Shown piece after piece: positions 38,298 through 50,700 of a stretch of DNA of 64,000 nt. The stretch is from Eledone cirrhosa (taxonomy: Eukaryota). The position numbers were made by a program, and so were the translations under genes. Below the pieces are notes generated by a model. The model ran no database searches and had not been told where the DNA came from. It saw nothing but the letters and a program-made list of their open reading frames with translations. The stretch covers positions 85,498,001 through 85,562,000 of the forward strand of contig OZ024740.1 in assembly GCA_964016885.1 (NCBI GenBank), read 5' to 3'. Every line of letters begins with the position of its first letter. Position 1 is the first letter of the stretch.

Positions 38298-38904
38298 CTG
38301 CTTAATGGATAGAATACCAAAGAAGTGGCAAATGTTATATTTGTTTTCTTTTATGGTTTTAAGTTACTTTATTTTTATTTTCCTTTTCTAATTAACCATA
38401 ATGAAACTGACAGGAAAAACTCTCCACACACACATTCACAAAATGGCTCAACAGGAAGATTTAAAAATGGGAAAGGCATTAACACTTCCAATGGAAAGTG
38501 GTAATAAAAGTAGCTAAATAGTTATCAAAATGATGAGTTTTTAAATTTCTGATTAAGTACTGATCCAAGCCTTCCGCCACTAAGGAGCTTTTGGGTCTTA
38601 AGACCCTCCAATAATGTGGAAATAAATTGTTTCAATATACTTGTGCTTTGCTTTTTAATACACTGAATTTCTATATGTTAGTATGATCATGTTTTTAATT
38701 TCTTTCTTAGTTTCATATTGGTGATAAAAAAGTATGACCTAATAGTAATAATACACATGTACAATATGTATACTTAAGTCTACCTCCTCCCACATGTTAA
38801 TCTCAAAACTGTAATGGAAGCTATGTGATCCTATTTTGTGATTTTATCAATTGAATAAATTTCAATATATTACAAATAGTCTTTTATCTTTTATTTCCCT
38901 ACAG

Positions 38905-39033
38905 TTCATGAAAGTTTGCCACCCATATTTCTTCTCCATGTGTTTGCGATTGTGTTATATTGGTGGAGAGATACTGATGTTAATAGCCAGAGAAAGGGAA
39001 ACCTGACTTTCAGATTCGGGTATTCAAAAGAAG
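38905..39033 (+). other. Candidate plus-strand exon (129 nt, phase 1-1, open: HESLPPIFLLHVFAIVLYWWRDTDV...GYSKE)
   Basis: cttttatcttttatttccctacag| acceptor and AAG|GTAATT donor. Confidence 0.4.
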
Positions 39034-39466
39034 GTAATTTCTTTCACTATCCTTGGAGCTGCAAATGGCAGAGTGATTGATGGTTCTCCAGAGATGGTAG
39101 ATTCTGTAAACTGCTGTTATTACTGAATGTGATTTGTATCTAACCACATGTCACGAGTATCTAACTACATTCTGCATGTCAATCGCTCAACCTCAGTTTG
39201 TTGCTTAACTTAGTGCTTTAACTAGTGAGAGAGTGGTTTGATTGGTTGTTGTTTGGTCCATTTGAGGTACTGTAGTAGGAGTTGCGAGATGAGTCGATGA
39301 AGTAGTGAATGAGTGGTTTGTTGGTCAAGTCCATGCAAATGAGTGAAGTGTGTCTCACTGAATCAAGAGAATTGTTGCTGTGAAGTATTGCCATAGTTGA
39401 TGAAATCAGTAGTCATAATCATTTGTTGTAGTGATGTGATATAATAATAATAATGATAATAATAAT

Positions 39467-40330
39467 AATTGTTTCTACTTTTGGCACAAGGCCAGTAATT
39501 ACCCAGTACATTACTGGTACTTTATTTTATCGACCCCGTAAGGATGAAAGGCAAAGTTAACCTCGGCGGGATTTGAACTCAGAATGGCAAGGGCCGTAAC
39601 TCTATACGTCAAAGCATGGCGTCCGACCCTCTACCGACACTGCCAATCCACCGCCCTAATAATAATAATAATATTTCTACTTTTGGCACAAGGCCAGTAA
39701 TTACCCAGTACATTACTGGTGCTTTATTTTATCGACCCTGTAAGGATGAAAGGCAAAGTTAACTTGGCAGGATTTGAACTTAATGATAATAATAATGATT
39801 TCTACTATAGGCACAAGGCCAGCAATTTAGGGGAGGGGAAAGTCGATTATATCGACGCCAGTGCATTACTGATACTTTATTTTATCGACTCCGTAAGAAT
39901 GAAAGGCAAAGTTAAGCTCGGCGGGATTCGAACTCAGAATGTAAAGGGCCGGAACTCTATGCTGCAAAGCATAATGTCTGATGCTCTAACGATAGTCAAT
40001 CCATCGCACTCATAATAATAATTGTTTCTACTTTAGGCACAAGGCCAGCAATTAACCAGTGCATTACTGGTACTTTATTTTATCGACCCCCGTAAGGATG
40101 AAAGGCAAAGTTAACCTCGGCGGGATTTGAACCCAGACCGTAAAGCGACATAACTATGCTAATAATAATTGTTTCTATTTTTGGCACAAGGCCAGCAATT
40201 ATCCCAGTACATTACTGGTACTTTATTTCATCAACCTCGTAAGGATGAAAAGCAAAGTTAACATCGGTGGGATTTGAACTCAGAACGCAAAGCATGGTGT
40301 CTGATGCTCTACTGATACTGCCAATCGACG
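39467..40330 (-). mobile_element. Head-to-tail cluster of ~6 SINE copies/fragments separated by (AAT)n
   Basis: Repeated attgtttctacttttggcacaaggccag..ttttatcgaccccgtaaggatgaaaggcaaagttaacctcggcgggatttgaactc. Confidence 0.9.
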
Positions 40331-40375
40331 AATAATAATAAGAAAAGTACAAATTAATTTTATCAATAACTATAC

Positions 40376-40460
40376 CTAAGACGAAGCCGAAAGGCATGAG
40401 CACCATTCTTTTGTAGATCTGTGTCAGCCCTGATGCTGAAGGCATAGAGTTAAAGGACAT
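40376..40460 (-). CDS. Candidate first coding exon (MSFNSMPSASGLTQIYKRMVLMPFGFVL)
   Basis: Acceptor tttaatcctag| at 40503, ATG at 40460 with upstream in-frame stop, donor TAG|GTATAG phase 1, compatible with exons at 38297, 33844 and 19594. Confidence 0.35.
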
Positions 40461-41180
40461 TATAGTATTGACAGTTATGTTTTGTATTCATACATAATGT
40501 ATCTAGGATTAAATGCACTTGATTTAAACATTACGAATACAGACAGCTACTGTTACAAAGAGAAATTCTGATTAAAAGTAATACCGTAGAAGGGAGATAA
40601 TTCATATAAAGCAGTTGCTGAATATTCTCCCGTACAACTTAGAGGGATCGTATCACAAACGATATAGTCAATCACAGTGACTGTTGCTTAGTTTATTGAT
40701 TCAAGAATGCATAAATATAAGATTATGGGTATATTTTTACATAACTATATGCATACATCGCTGAGTATTCTCCATACAGGTGTACCATCAACATAATTTT
40801 CATAATAAAATCAGTGTGGCACACCGTGGGAAAGCAGAAACTTTGAATTACAGGTACGGTCTATCTGAAGAGTTTCCAACGAATAAACTCTAACAATATA
40901 TACAGTTTCCAACGAATAAACTCTAACAATATATACAGTGTTGCGCATGAATTAAGAGACCACTTCATTGTAGCTGTCACAAGCGCAAATATCATCACAC
41001 TTATCCTAGTGTCAAATATCTGATAAGTGTTCAAACAGATCACATGATACTTCGACTTGCAGTGTCAAATTCAACTGCTTCCAGCTCATATATCCAAGCC
41101 CAACTTCCTCAGGACACAAACATATCATCTGCTACCATCTAACGATGCTGTGTTAAGGACTTTAACTTGCGGGCTTTTAA

Positions 41181-41394
41181 CCCTTTAGCATTTAAACCGG
41201 TCGTATCCAGCCAGCATTTTTTTACCTCTTTCTGTTCAAACCGGACATAACTGGCCACTCATACTGGGTATTGTCCTCAAAATAAATAACATCAAAATCT
41301 CATAGATTCAATATTATGAGAAGTAATTATGTGAGATAAAGTCCTTACCATGAAAATACAATAGTATATATAAAGTAATGTATACGCTAAAGAG
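41181..41394. mobile_element. piggyBac-like MITE
   Basis: TTAA|CCCTTTAGCAT ... ACGCTAAAGAG|TTAA. Confidence 0.75.
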
Positions 41395-41759
41395 TTAAGC
41401 CAGCTGCCAAGCCTCAACTTTCAAATAAAAGCATCAAGGACCGTCTGTGATTGTGCAACCCTTCATCACTGGACTGCTACTTAATGGGTGAGGTAATGAT
41501 TAGTGATGAAACATTAATTAGATAATTTGACCCTTATAATTACCATGTAAGAAAACCACCTGGACAGCATTATAATTTTTGTTCTGTCAAACCAACAGAT
41601 GGTCTGGGGATTAATAATCATAAAAGGATGAGCTGCACCAACCATAATTCCAGCAGAAAAAACTGTAAATGCAAACATGTATTGGGAAATCATAGGAGGA
41701 AAGACATGGTTTCAAGATATATCAAACACCATTAACCATTTTTTTGGAGAATCTGATAT

Positions 41760-42060
41760 TGAAGTGTTGGCACCTTGCATGCTAACGTCACAAATTCATC
41801 AGAGCATACTTGCTTCATTTCTCTTCAGCCTTCGTATATCCTCAGCATTCATTAACCCACATCTCTCAATCATTCAGCATTGCACTTGGCACACATGCAT
41901 CATATAACCAGCCTTTCATTTGCAGAGAGAAACCTTTTGTTGTCAGCATTGATACTAGTTCCCTGAATGTGTTCCATTCTGTTCTTATTCAAGCTACTAT
42001 GCTTTCAGAATAACCTACTCAACTACTAATTAGCCTCCCTAGTTGACAGAAGCTTTCTAC
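41760..42060 (-). mobile_element. Degenerate RTE LINE RT-region fragment
   Basis: Antisense reads HASYNQPFICREKPFVVS, parallel to QASYNLPFIFRENPLAA of the intact copy. Confidence 0.75.
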
Positions 42061-42062
42061 TA

Positions 42063-42466
42063 CCATATATACTCATATATAATTAAAAAAATATTACAAA
42101 AGAAATCGATGGTAAAATGGGGGTCAGCTTATATTGAAGGTCAATATTTTGTCTATTTTCACCAACTTTAAAATTCTACGTAAATGAGGTTCTAAAATAT
42201 TTTCGGCTTGTGGGTTTCACTTTCGACAAGAAATTCGTATTTCCTCTTGTTTTTGAATGAACCTGGCCTTCAAAATGGTCGGAAATTGGTAAAAAATATA
42301 CTCTCAACAAAACTTAAAACATATATTCTCCGCTCACAAGAATTTAAAAACCACACCATCTAAACATAATGTGTTGATTACTTGCCTGAACTTATAAACA
42401 GGGTTTGAACTTTTGCTTATTTCTCTGACAGAAAATAGGGGTTGGCTTAAATTCGAGTATATACAG
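42063..42466. mobile_element. pogo/Tigger-like MITE
   Basis: TA|CCATATATACTC ... ggggttggcttaaattcGAGTATATACAG|TA. Confidence 0.6.
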
Positions 42467-43268
42467 TAATTCTATGGTACCTTTCTGGAATTGCAAAAAA
42501 GTATTTCACTGGGGCTCTTATTACCAGTTACCTCTGTGCATCTGTTACATACAAGACCTACCTCTTCTGTCAACCTCTCTGCTATCCTACTACACCACTT
42601 GTGTACCTATAGATATAGATAGATATATTCAGAGAAATAGAGAGGGGGGGGGGATAAAAGGAGGTGGAAAGAGAGTGATAAAGAAATTAATGGAGAGATA
42701 GTGATGTATAGAAATAATGAGAGAGAGAGGGAGTGATAAAAAACGATAGAGAGAGAAATAAATTGACAGATAGAGAGTGATTAAAATATATAGTCAGTGT
42801 GAGTGGTTAAAAAGAGATAGACAAATGAAAGAGATAGTCTGTTAGACAAATTCATAGACTAGGACAGAGTAATAGAAAGAGTTAAGTAGAATGACAGGTC
42901 CATCCATACTGTGGGTCTTGAATTCCTAATGGAATCATATGATACATGGTGTGACTTGGGCATCTCCAGCCCATCCATCTCCAGGCCTGAACACAGCTAA
43001 TTTCTTCCAGAGAAAGAAATTGAGGGCAAGAGAAAAATGAAGAGAGAAATATAGAGGAGGGCTAACTCTTGTACTTGACAGATACTTTATTCCTAAACCT
43101 TAAAAAGATAAAAAGGTAAGTTGACTTTGGTGATACTTGAACTCAGCGTGCAGGCAGATAGACAAATAGATAGATAGAGAAAAAGACAGTGGTAAAATTA
43201 TGGATTGAGAGAGAGAAAGAGGGAACAGATACACAGAATAAGTTGCAGAAGGCCCTCATGTGTGTGTG

Positions 43269-43317
<49 letters not shown>

Positions 43318-43888
43318 CTGTTTGTTTATTTCTCATTACGTGGCGGTTCGTAAAAAAAGAGATTGATCAAATTAACAGAAGACTTTAAAGAAATAAGTAT
43401 ATAACTAAATCAAAGCAGTGCCTCAACATGGCCACAAATTAATGACTGAAAACCAGTCAAAGAATAAAAGAATAATGGATAGAGAAAAAACAGCAATAAT
43501 TTCTGATTGGAAATCAGAAAAATAACAGAAACCAAGGGAGGCAACTGCAATTTATCAAAGTTGACCATACAATTTTGTTGGCAATCCCTTTACTAGCTTC
43601 AGTCATCCGCCCCCAGTCATTTTGAGGCGCCGTCTTCAAGGGATTTAGTCGATCATATCAACCCCAGTACGTTTAAAAAAAAAATCTGTTACTTCTTTCA
43701 TTTGTAAAAGCACTAAGTTATATGACATAAACCAACAGTAAATATAAACACACAAACATACACTCACACACATATATATAAATAAATAAATATATATATA
43801 AATATATATTAAGCGTGAACCTAATATAACCATGTAAAAATTGCCTCCTGTGTTTTGTTTGTTTCATCTCTCTCTCTCTCTCTCTCTC

Positions 43889-43920
<32 letters not shown>

Positions 43921-44021
43921 CCCACCCTTGCAAGCAGGGAAAAACGGACGTAAAATGATGATGATGATGATATATATACTTTTGACAAGTACTGTGTTAG
44001 TATATATATATATATATATCC

Positions 44022-44338
44022 TAACACAGTTAGAGCATTGGCTTTGCAATCGAAAGGTTGTGAGTTCAATTCTCAGACCGGGTGATGTGTTGTTTCCTTG
44101 AGCAAGATACTTTATTTCACATTGCTCCAGTTTACTCAGCTGTAGAAATGAGATGATAGGGACTGAAGTCCCTATCATTTCACTGCAAAGTGGTCGTGGA
44201 GGTGCCACGGCAAAAAAGCACCCAGCACTCACTGTAAATGAGGTTGGTGTTGCATCCAGCTGTAGAAATCAAGCCAGAATCAGTTCCCGTCCCACCCTTG
44301 CAAGCAGGGAAAAAGCGGACGTAAAATGAAATGATGAT
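44022..44338 (+). mobile_element. tRNA-head SINE with RTE-LINE-derived tail
   Basis: tRNA-like head (agttagagcattggctttgcaatcgaaaggttgtgagttcaattctc), body tgtttccttgagcaagatacttta, tail cccgtcccacccttgcaagcaggg matching LINE end at 61646-61690. Confidence 0.8.
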
Positions 44339-44731
44339 AACACAGTACTTGTCAAAAGTGACAGGTTTTATAGTAAAATTTACCTATTTTAACAATTCCT
44401 TGATTACAGCATTCTATGTAAAGAAGCTTATATCCTTGAGTATTCCTGGACCTTCAAACATCAATCCTTTAAATTACGATGACTTTGTTCTGCACAGATA
44501 TCTATCTTTGGACTACTATTGGGATTGGTGCCTTGTTGTTGTTGTTGTTGCTATTATTGTTTGTGTCCAGAGATAGAAACATTGGTAAATATACATAAAT
44601 GAATAGTTGCAGACAAACTGACAGCCAGGCAAGCAGAAAGATAGCTGTAGATGTTTTTATTGACTGAAGATAGACAGATACATAGTTAAATATGATTAGA
44701 TAGCTGTTGATAAACTAATGACCATCTAGAG

Positions 44732-45099
44732 CAACGTTTCTCAACCTTTTTACCCTTGTTGAACCCTTGAAATAGGTTCATGTCTCAGGGAACCCCTACA
44801 TAAAAATTATTATATACCATTATTAAGTACCAGTAATGCACTGGGTAATTGCTGGCCTTGTGCCTAAAGTAGAAACAATTATTAATATCTATCTCTTATA
44901 TTGACCTAGTTTTAAATAATATAAGAGGTTGAAGTCTTTCTTAAAATAAACAAGGATTTTCCGACAATATGCTGTAAATGTATAGTAAAATTACGAATAA
45001 AAAATTAAACAAAAATTACTTTTTAAAATACATTAGTTTATTTATCACTGGTTCTCGCGGAATCCTAGGGTTTGGGGGAACACCGGTTGAGAAACACTG
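44732..45099. mobile_element. hAT (Charlie-like) MITE with perfect 8-bp TSD and nested SINE fragment
   Basis: ATCTAGAG|CAACGTTTCTCAACC ... GGTTGAGAAACACTG|ATCTAGAG; SINE tail at ~44825-44882. Confidence 0.9.
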
Positions 45100-45559
45100 A
45101 TCTAGAGGGTGGAAATGTCTTGTCCACAGAACGTGTGTGATAAAGTGAGATATTAAAGCACATATATGCTCAAATTACCATTTTGATGAATCTAGCACAA
45201 AGTGGTGGTTATCTCAGTGATCATGTGTTTTATTATTATCTTGTTTTTGTTACCCTTATTTCAGCCTTAAAGAATTAGCTTCTAAAGAATTTCCCTTTTC
45301 TTTAAATCATTGAACCCCACCCATCCTGTAGACGCCTGTCTTACAGGCATTGTTACTTTAAGTGATAAACAAGGATTGGTATTCCAATTTTGAACTTGCT
45401 TACTGTATTCTTTCTGCCTTTGTTAATTTTATAGCTTTAAAGAATTAGCTTTTAATGAACTCCCTTTCTTTAATTCCTTCAACCAATGATCTACACCCAT
45501 CCCAATCCTCACCCTCTCCTACCACCAGATAAGGAAAGATATAAATACTACCATTTTAC

Positions 45560-45760
45560 TTGGACAGCCAGAAGGGGTCACAGCCAAAGATGGCTGTCAC
45601 CGAAATATATATAGCAGTAATAAACGAAGCTAAATTTTAAACGTTTGACTTATTTATTTTACTTTATTTTATATTACTCCGGAGTAACCAAACCAACCTG
45701 CGCACTTCGTCGAGTGCTCCAGACTGCATACTGAGGTGTTGGTATACAACTAACATATAC
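45560..45760 (+). mobile_element. Degenerate copy of the hammerhead-bearing repeat found at 58.04-58.46 kb
   Basis: ggtcacagccaaagatggctgtcaccgaaatatatatagcagtaataaacg..ccggagtaaccaaaccaacctgcgcac; core reads CAGAAGG instead of CTGAAGA. Confidence 0.75.
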
Positions 45761-46542
45761 CCAAAATATATATATATATATGTATGTATATATGTTTAAT
45801 ATTGAAATGAAGTCATCGGAATAACCAATGTATTTCCGATCGTTTTCTCACTCACTCAATGCTTTAATTAAGCCAGCATCATTAAGATACCAACCAAAAA
45901 GGAAAGCAGAATGTACACCTATACGTTAAATAGTGAGAGAAACGATTTTGTGTGGGTAAAGAATTTAATTCTCTGCGCGTGGACTAATGCACTAGTTCCT
46001 GTTACTCCATCTGGTTGCGACAGTCAATGTTGGACTGGAGTGCACAGAAATTAGGTGATGCTAATAAACATTACTAAATAGGTTAAGAGTAACTTCATTG
46101 GCGGGGAGTTAGCCTCCTTGGAACAGGTCAAACACCACCCAACTGTATTCGTTGTGAAATGGCTGTTACAGTAGTCAGTGCCACACGCTGGTACATTTTT
46201 TTACAAATTGAAAAAAGCAAAGAATGAACCATGGAAGCACTCGACTAGACCTTCAGTATAGAAAGCTGAGACAAAATTGCAAACAATTAATAAAAATCGA
46301 ACTATAAAACTGAGTAAAATGTTCAACTTACAATTTATATGCAAGTTATCCTGGGAGTTAAAATAATGGTTTCTGATTTAGGCACAAGGCCAGCCTGGGA
46401 GTTAAAATAATATTGAAATGAAGACATCGGAAGAACCGATGTATCTCCGACTATTTTCTGACTCACTCAATGTTTTAATTAATTAAAAAGGAAAGCAGAG
46501 TGCACACTTATATGTTGAATAGTGAATATATATATATATATA

Positions 46543-46619
46543 CAGGGTGTCCCAAAAAGTGTATACACACTTTGATTAGAATGCTGTTGAAGTTTGTATA
46601 CTTTTTTGGGGACACCATG
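46543..46619. mobile_element. Minimal (77-bp) Tc1/mariner-type MITE
   Basis: TA|CAGGGTGTCCCAAAAAGTGTATAC ... GTATACTTTTTTGGGGACACCATG|TA. Confidence 0.75.
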
Positions 46620-46663
46620 TATATATATAATAATATATATATATATATATAAATATGTATATA

Positions 46664-46700
<37 letters not shown>

Positions 46701-46718
46701 TTCTTAGCTCTTAATTAA

Positions 46719-46855
46719 CCCTTTGATTAACTGATGTTAAGGTAATGTTCTGAAAATAAATAATATCAAAATCTGATATTATGTGAGATATTTGGAGAGA
46801 TAAAGCCTTTACCATGAAAATATAAGAAATATAGAGTTATATAAATGCTAAAGGG
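46719..46855. mobile_element. piggyBac-like MITE, related to 41181-41394
   Basis: TTAA|CCCTTT ... ATGCTAAAGGG|TTAA; shared internal sequence. Confidence 0.7.
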
Positions 46856-46864
46856 TTAAACATA

Positions 46865-47125
46865 AATAATTGTTTCTATTTTAGGCACAAGGCCAGCAAT
46901 TACCCAGTATATTACAGGTACTTTATTTCATCGACCCCGCAAGGATGAAAGGCAAAGTTAACCTCGGCGGGATTTGAACTCAGGATTAAACATAAATAAT
47001 TGTTTCTATTTTTGGCACAAGGCCAGCAATTACCCAGTGTATTACTGGTACTTTATTTTATCGACCCCGTAAGGATGAAAGGCAAAGTTAACCTCGGCGG
47101 GATTTGAACTCAGAATGGAAAGGGT
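46865..47125 (-). mobile_element. Tandem SINE fragment duplication (130-bp unit x2)
   Basis: 46856-46985 repeats at 46986-47113. Confidence 0.85.
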
Positions 47126-47164
47126 TAAACATAACGCCAAAACTACACGTGATGTACCCCTTCC

Positions 47165-47450
47165 ATACACATGCACACATGTGTGTATCATGACTCGTGC
47201 ACTGTTCATTTTACTGATGTTTGTGCATTGCCCTATGTACTGTACATGCACTTTTTTGATGAGTTGTGGTGCACCTGGGCACTGTGCACAGTATTTCGTT
47301 ATTGTTATTATATCATGACTCATACACTGTTTATTTTCCTGACATTTGTACATTATTCTATGTACTATACATGCACCTTTGATGAGTTGTAGTGCACCTG
47401 AGCACTGTACACAATAATTTCATTATTATTATTATTATTATTATTATAAA
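47165..47450 (+). mobile_element. Tandem CR1-like 3' UTR copies
   Basis: Same gagttgtagtgcacctgagcactgtacacaa tail as 4570-4810. Confidence 0.8.
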
Positions 47451-47723
47451 TAATGTTATATATAATGTATTGCTTATTTCATGACTTACATCTGTTAAAA
47501 CTTTCAAATGTCAACATACATATATATTTTCATATAATATCAATATACACACTACATATACTAGCAAAATTCTGCCAGTCGGGAGCAGTTCTTCTACTAG
47601 TTTATATGAAAATGATAACTCACTTTGGTGGCTATTTAGCAGAAGTTGGGGATCATCTGGTGAAATGCCTTGTGGTATTGTTTGTAGATCCTTGCAGTCT
47701 GAGTTCAAATCCTGTCGGGTCTC

Positions 47724-50700
47724 AACTTTGCCCTTTATCTTTCCAGGGGTTGATATAGAAGTTGTGTTGGGTAATTTACTGGGGTCGACTTTGCTCTTTA
47801 TCTTTCCAGGGGTTGATATAGAAGTTGTTTAGGGTAATTTACTGGGGTCGACTTTGCCCTTTATCTTTCCAGGGGTTGATATAGAAGTTGTTTAGGGTAA
47901 TTTACTGGGGTCGACTTTGCCCTTTATCTTTCCAGGGGTTGATATAGAAGTTGTTTAGGGTAATTTACTGGGGTCGACTTTGCCCTTTATCTTTCCAGGG
48001 GTTGATATAGAAGTTGTTTAGGGTAATTTACTGGGGTCGACTTTGCTCTTTATCTTTCCAGGCGTTGATATAGAAGTTGTTTAGGGTAATTTACTGGGGT
48101 CGACTTTGCCCTTTATCTTTCCAGGGGTTGATATAGAAGTTGTTTAGGGTAATTTACTGGGGTCGACTTTGCCCTTTATCTTTCCAGGGGTTGATATAGA
48201 AGTTGTTTAGGGTAATTTACTGGGGTCGACTTTGCCCTTTATCTTTCCAGGGGTTGATATAGAAGTTGTGTTGGGTAATTTACTGGGGTCGACTTTGCCC
48301 TTTATCTTTCCAGGCGTTGATATAGAAGTTGTTTAGGGTAATTTACTGGGGTCGACTTTGCCCTTTATCTTTCCAGGCGTTGATATAGAAGTTGTGTTGG
48401 GTAATTTACTGGGGTCGACTTTGCCCTTTATCTTTCCAGGCGTTGATATAGAAGTTGTTTAGGGTAATTTACTGGGGTCGACTTTGCCCTTTATCTTTCC
48501 AGGCGTTGATATAGAAGTTGTTTAGGGTAATTTACTGGGGTCGACTTTGCCCTTTATCTTTCCAGGCGTTGATATAGAAGTTGTTTAGGGTAATTTACTG
48601 GGGTCGACTTTGCCCTTTATCTTTCCAGGCGTTGATATAGAAGTTGTGTTGGGTAATTTACTGGGGTCGACTTTGCCCTTTATCTTTCCAGGCGTTGATA
48701 TAGAAGTTGTGTTGGGTAATTTACTGGGGTCGACTTTGCCCTTTATCTTTCCAGGCGTTGATATAGAAGTTGTTTAGGGTAATTTACTGGGGTCGACTTT
48801 GCCCTTTATCTTTCCAGGCGTTGATATAGAAGTTGTTTAGGGTAATTTACTGGGGTCGACTTTGCCCTTTATCTTTCCAGGCGTTGATATAGAAGTTGTT
48901 TAGGGTAATTTACTGGAGTCGACTTTGCCCTTTATCTTTCCAGGGGTTGATATAGAAGTTGTTTAGGGTAATTTACTGGGGTCGACTTTGCCCTTTATCT
49001 TTCCAGGGGTCGATATAGAAGTTGTTTAGGGTAATTTACTGGAGTCGACTTTGCCCTTTATCTTTCCAGGCGTTGATATAGAAGTTGTTTAGGGTAATTT
49101 ACTGGGGTCGACTTTGCCCTTTATCTTTCCAGGGGTTGATATAGAAGTTGTGTTGGGTAATTTACTGGAGTCGACTTTGCCCTTTATCTTTCCAGGCGTT
49201 GATATAGAAGTTGTGTTGGGTAATTTACTGGGGTCGACTTTGCCCTTTATCTTTCCAGGGGTTGATATAGAAGTTGTGTTGGGTAATTTACTGGAGTCGA
49301 CTTTGCCCTTTATCTTTCCAGGCGTTGATATAGAAGTTGTTTAGGGTAATTTACTGGGGTCGACTTTGCCCTTTATCTTTCCAGGCGTTGATATAGAAGT
49401 TGTTTAGGGTAATTTACTGGAGTCGACTTTGCCCTTTATCTTTCCAGGCGTTGATATAGAAGTTGTTTAGGGTAATTTACTGGGGTCGACTTTGCCCTTT
49501 ATCTTTCCAGGCGTTGATATAGAAGTTGTTTAGGGTAATTTACTGGGGTCGACTTTGCCCTTTATCTTTCCAGGGGTTGATATAGAAGTTGTGTTGGGTA
49601 ATTTACTGGAGTCGACTTTGCCCTTTATCTTTCCAGGCGTTGATATAGAAGTTGTGTTGGGTAATTTACTGGGGTCGACTTTGCCCTTTATCTTTCCAGG
49701 CGTTGATATAGAAGTTGTTTAGGGTAATTTACTGGGGTCGACTTTGCCCTTTATCTTTCCAGGCGTTGATATAGAAGTTGTTTAGGGTAATTTACTGGGG
49801 TCGACTTTGCCCTTTATCTTTCCAGGCGTTGATATAGAAGTTGTTTAGGGTAATTTACTGGGGTCGACTTTGCCCTTTATCTTTCCAGGCGTTGATATAG
49901 AAGTTGTTTAGGGTAATTTACTGGGGTCGACTTTGCCCTTTATCTTTCCAGGGGTCGATATAGAAGTTGTTTAGGGTAATTTACTGGAGTCGACTTTGCC
50001 CTTTATCTTTCCAGGCGTTGATATAGAAGTTGTTTAGGGTAATTTACTGGGGTCGACTTTGCCCTTTATCTTTCCAGGCGTTGATATAGAAGTTGTGTTG
50101 GGTAATTTACTGGAGTCGACTTTGCCCTTTATCTTTCCAGGCGTTGATATAGAAGTTGTGTTGGGTAATTTACTGGGGTCGACTTTGCCCTTTATCTTTC
50201 CAGGCGTTGATATAGAAGTTGTGTTGGGTAATTTACTGGGGTCGACTTTGCCCTTTATCTTTCCAGGCGTTGATATAGAAGTTGTTTAGGGTAATTTACT
50301 GGAGTCGACTTTGCCCTTTATCTTTCCAGGGGTTGATATAGAAGTTGTGTTGGGTAATTTACTGGGGTCGACTTTGCCCTTTATCTTTCCAGGCGTTGAT
50401 ATAGAAGTTGTTTAGGGTAATTTACTGGAGTCGACTTTGCCCTTTATCTTTCCAGGCGTTGATATAGAAGTTGTGTTGGGTAATTTACTGGGGTCGACTT
50501 TGCCCTTTATCTTTCCAGGCGTTGATATAGAAGTTGTTTAGGGTAATTTACTGGGGTCGACTTTGCCCTTTATCTTTCCAGGCGTTGATATAGAAGTTGT
50601 TTAGGGTAATTTACTGGAGTCGACTTTGCCCTTTATCTTTCCAGGCGTTGATATAGAAGTTGTTTAGGGTAATTTACTGGGGTCGACTTTGCCCTTTATC

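Noticed and set aside
44022-44080. tRNA gene
   Set aside because: Truncated tRNA-like head continuing into SINE body and LINE tail; no complete cloverleaf.
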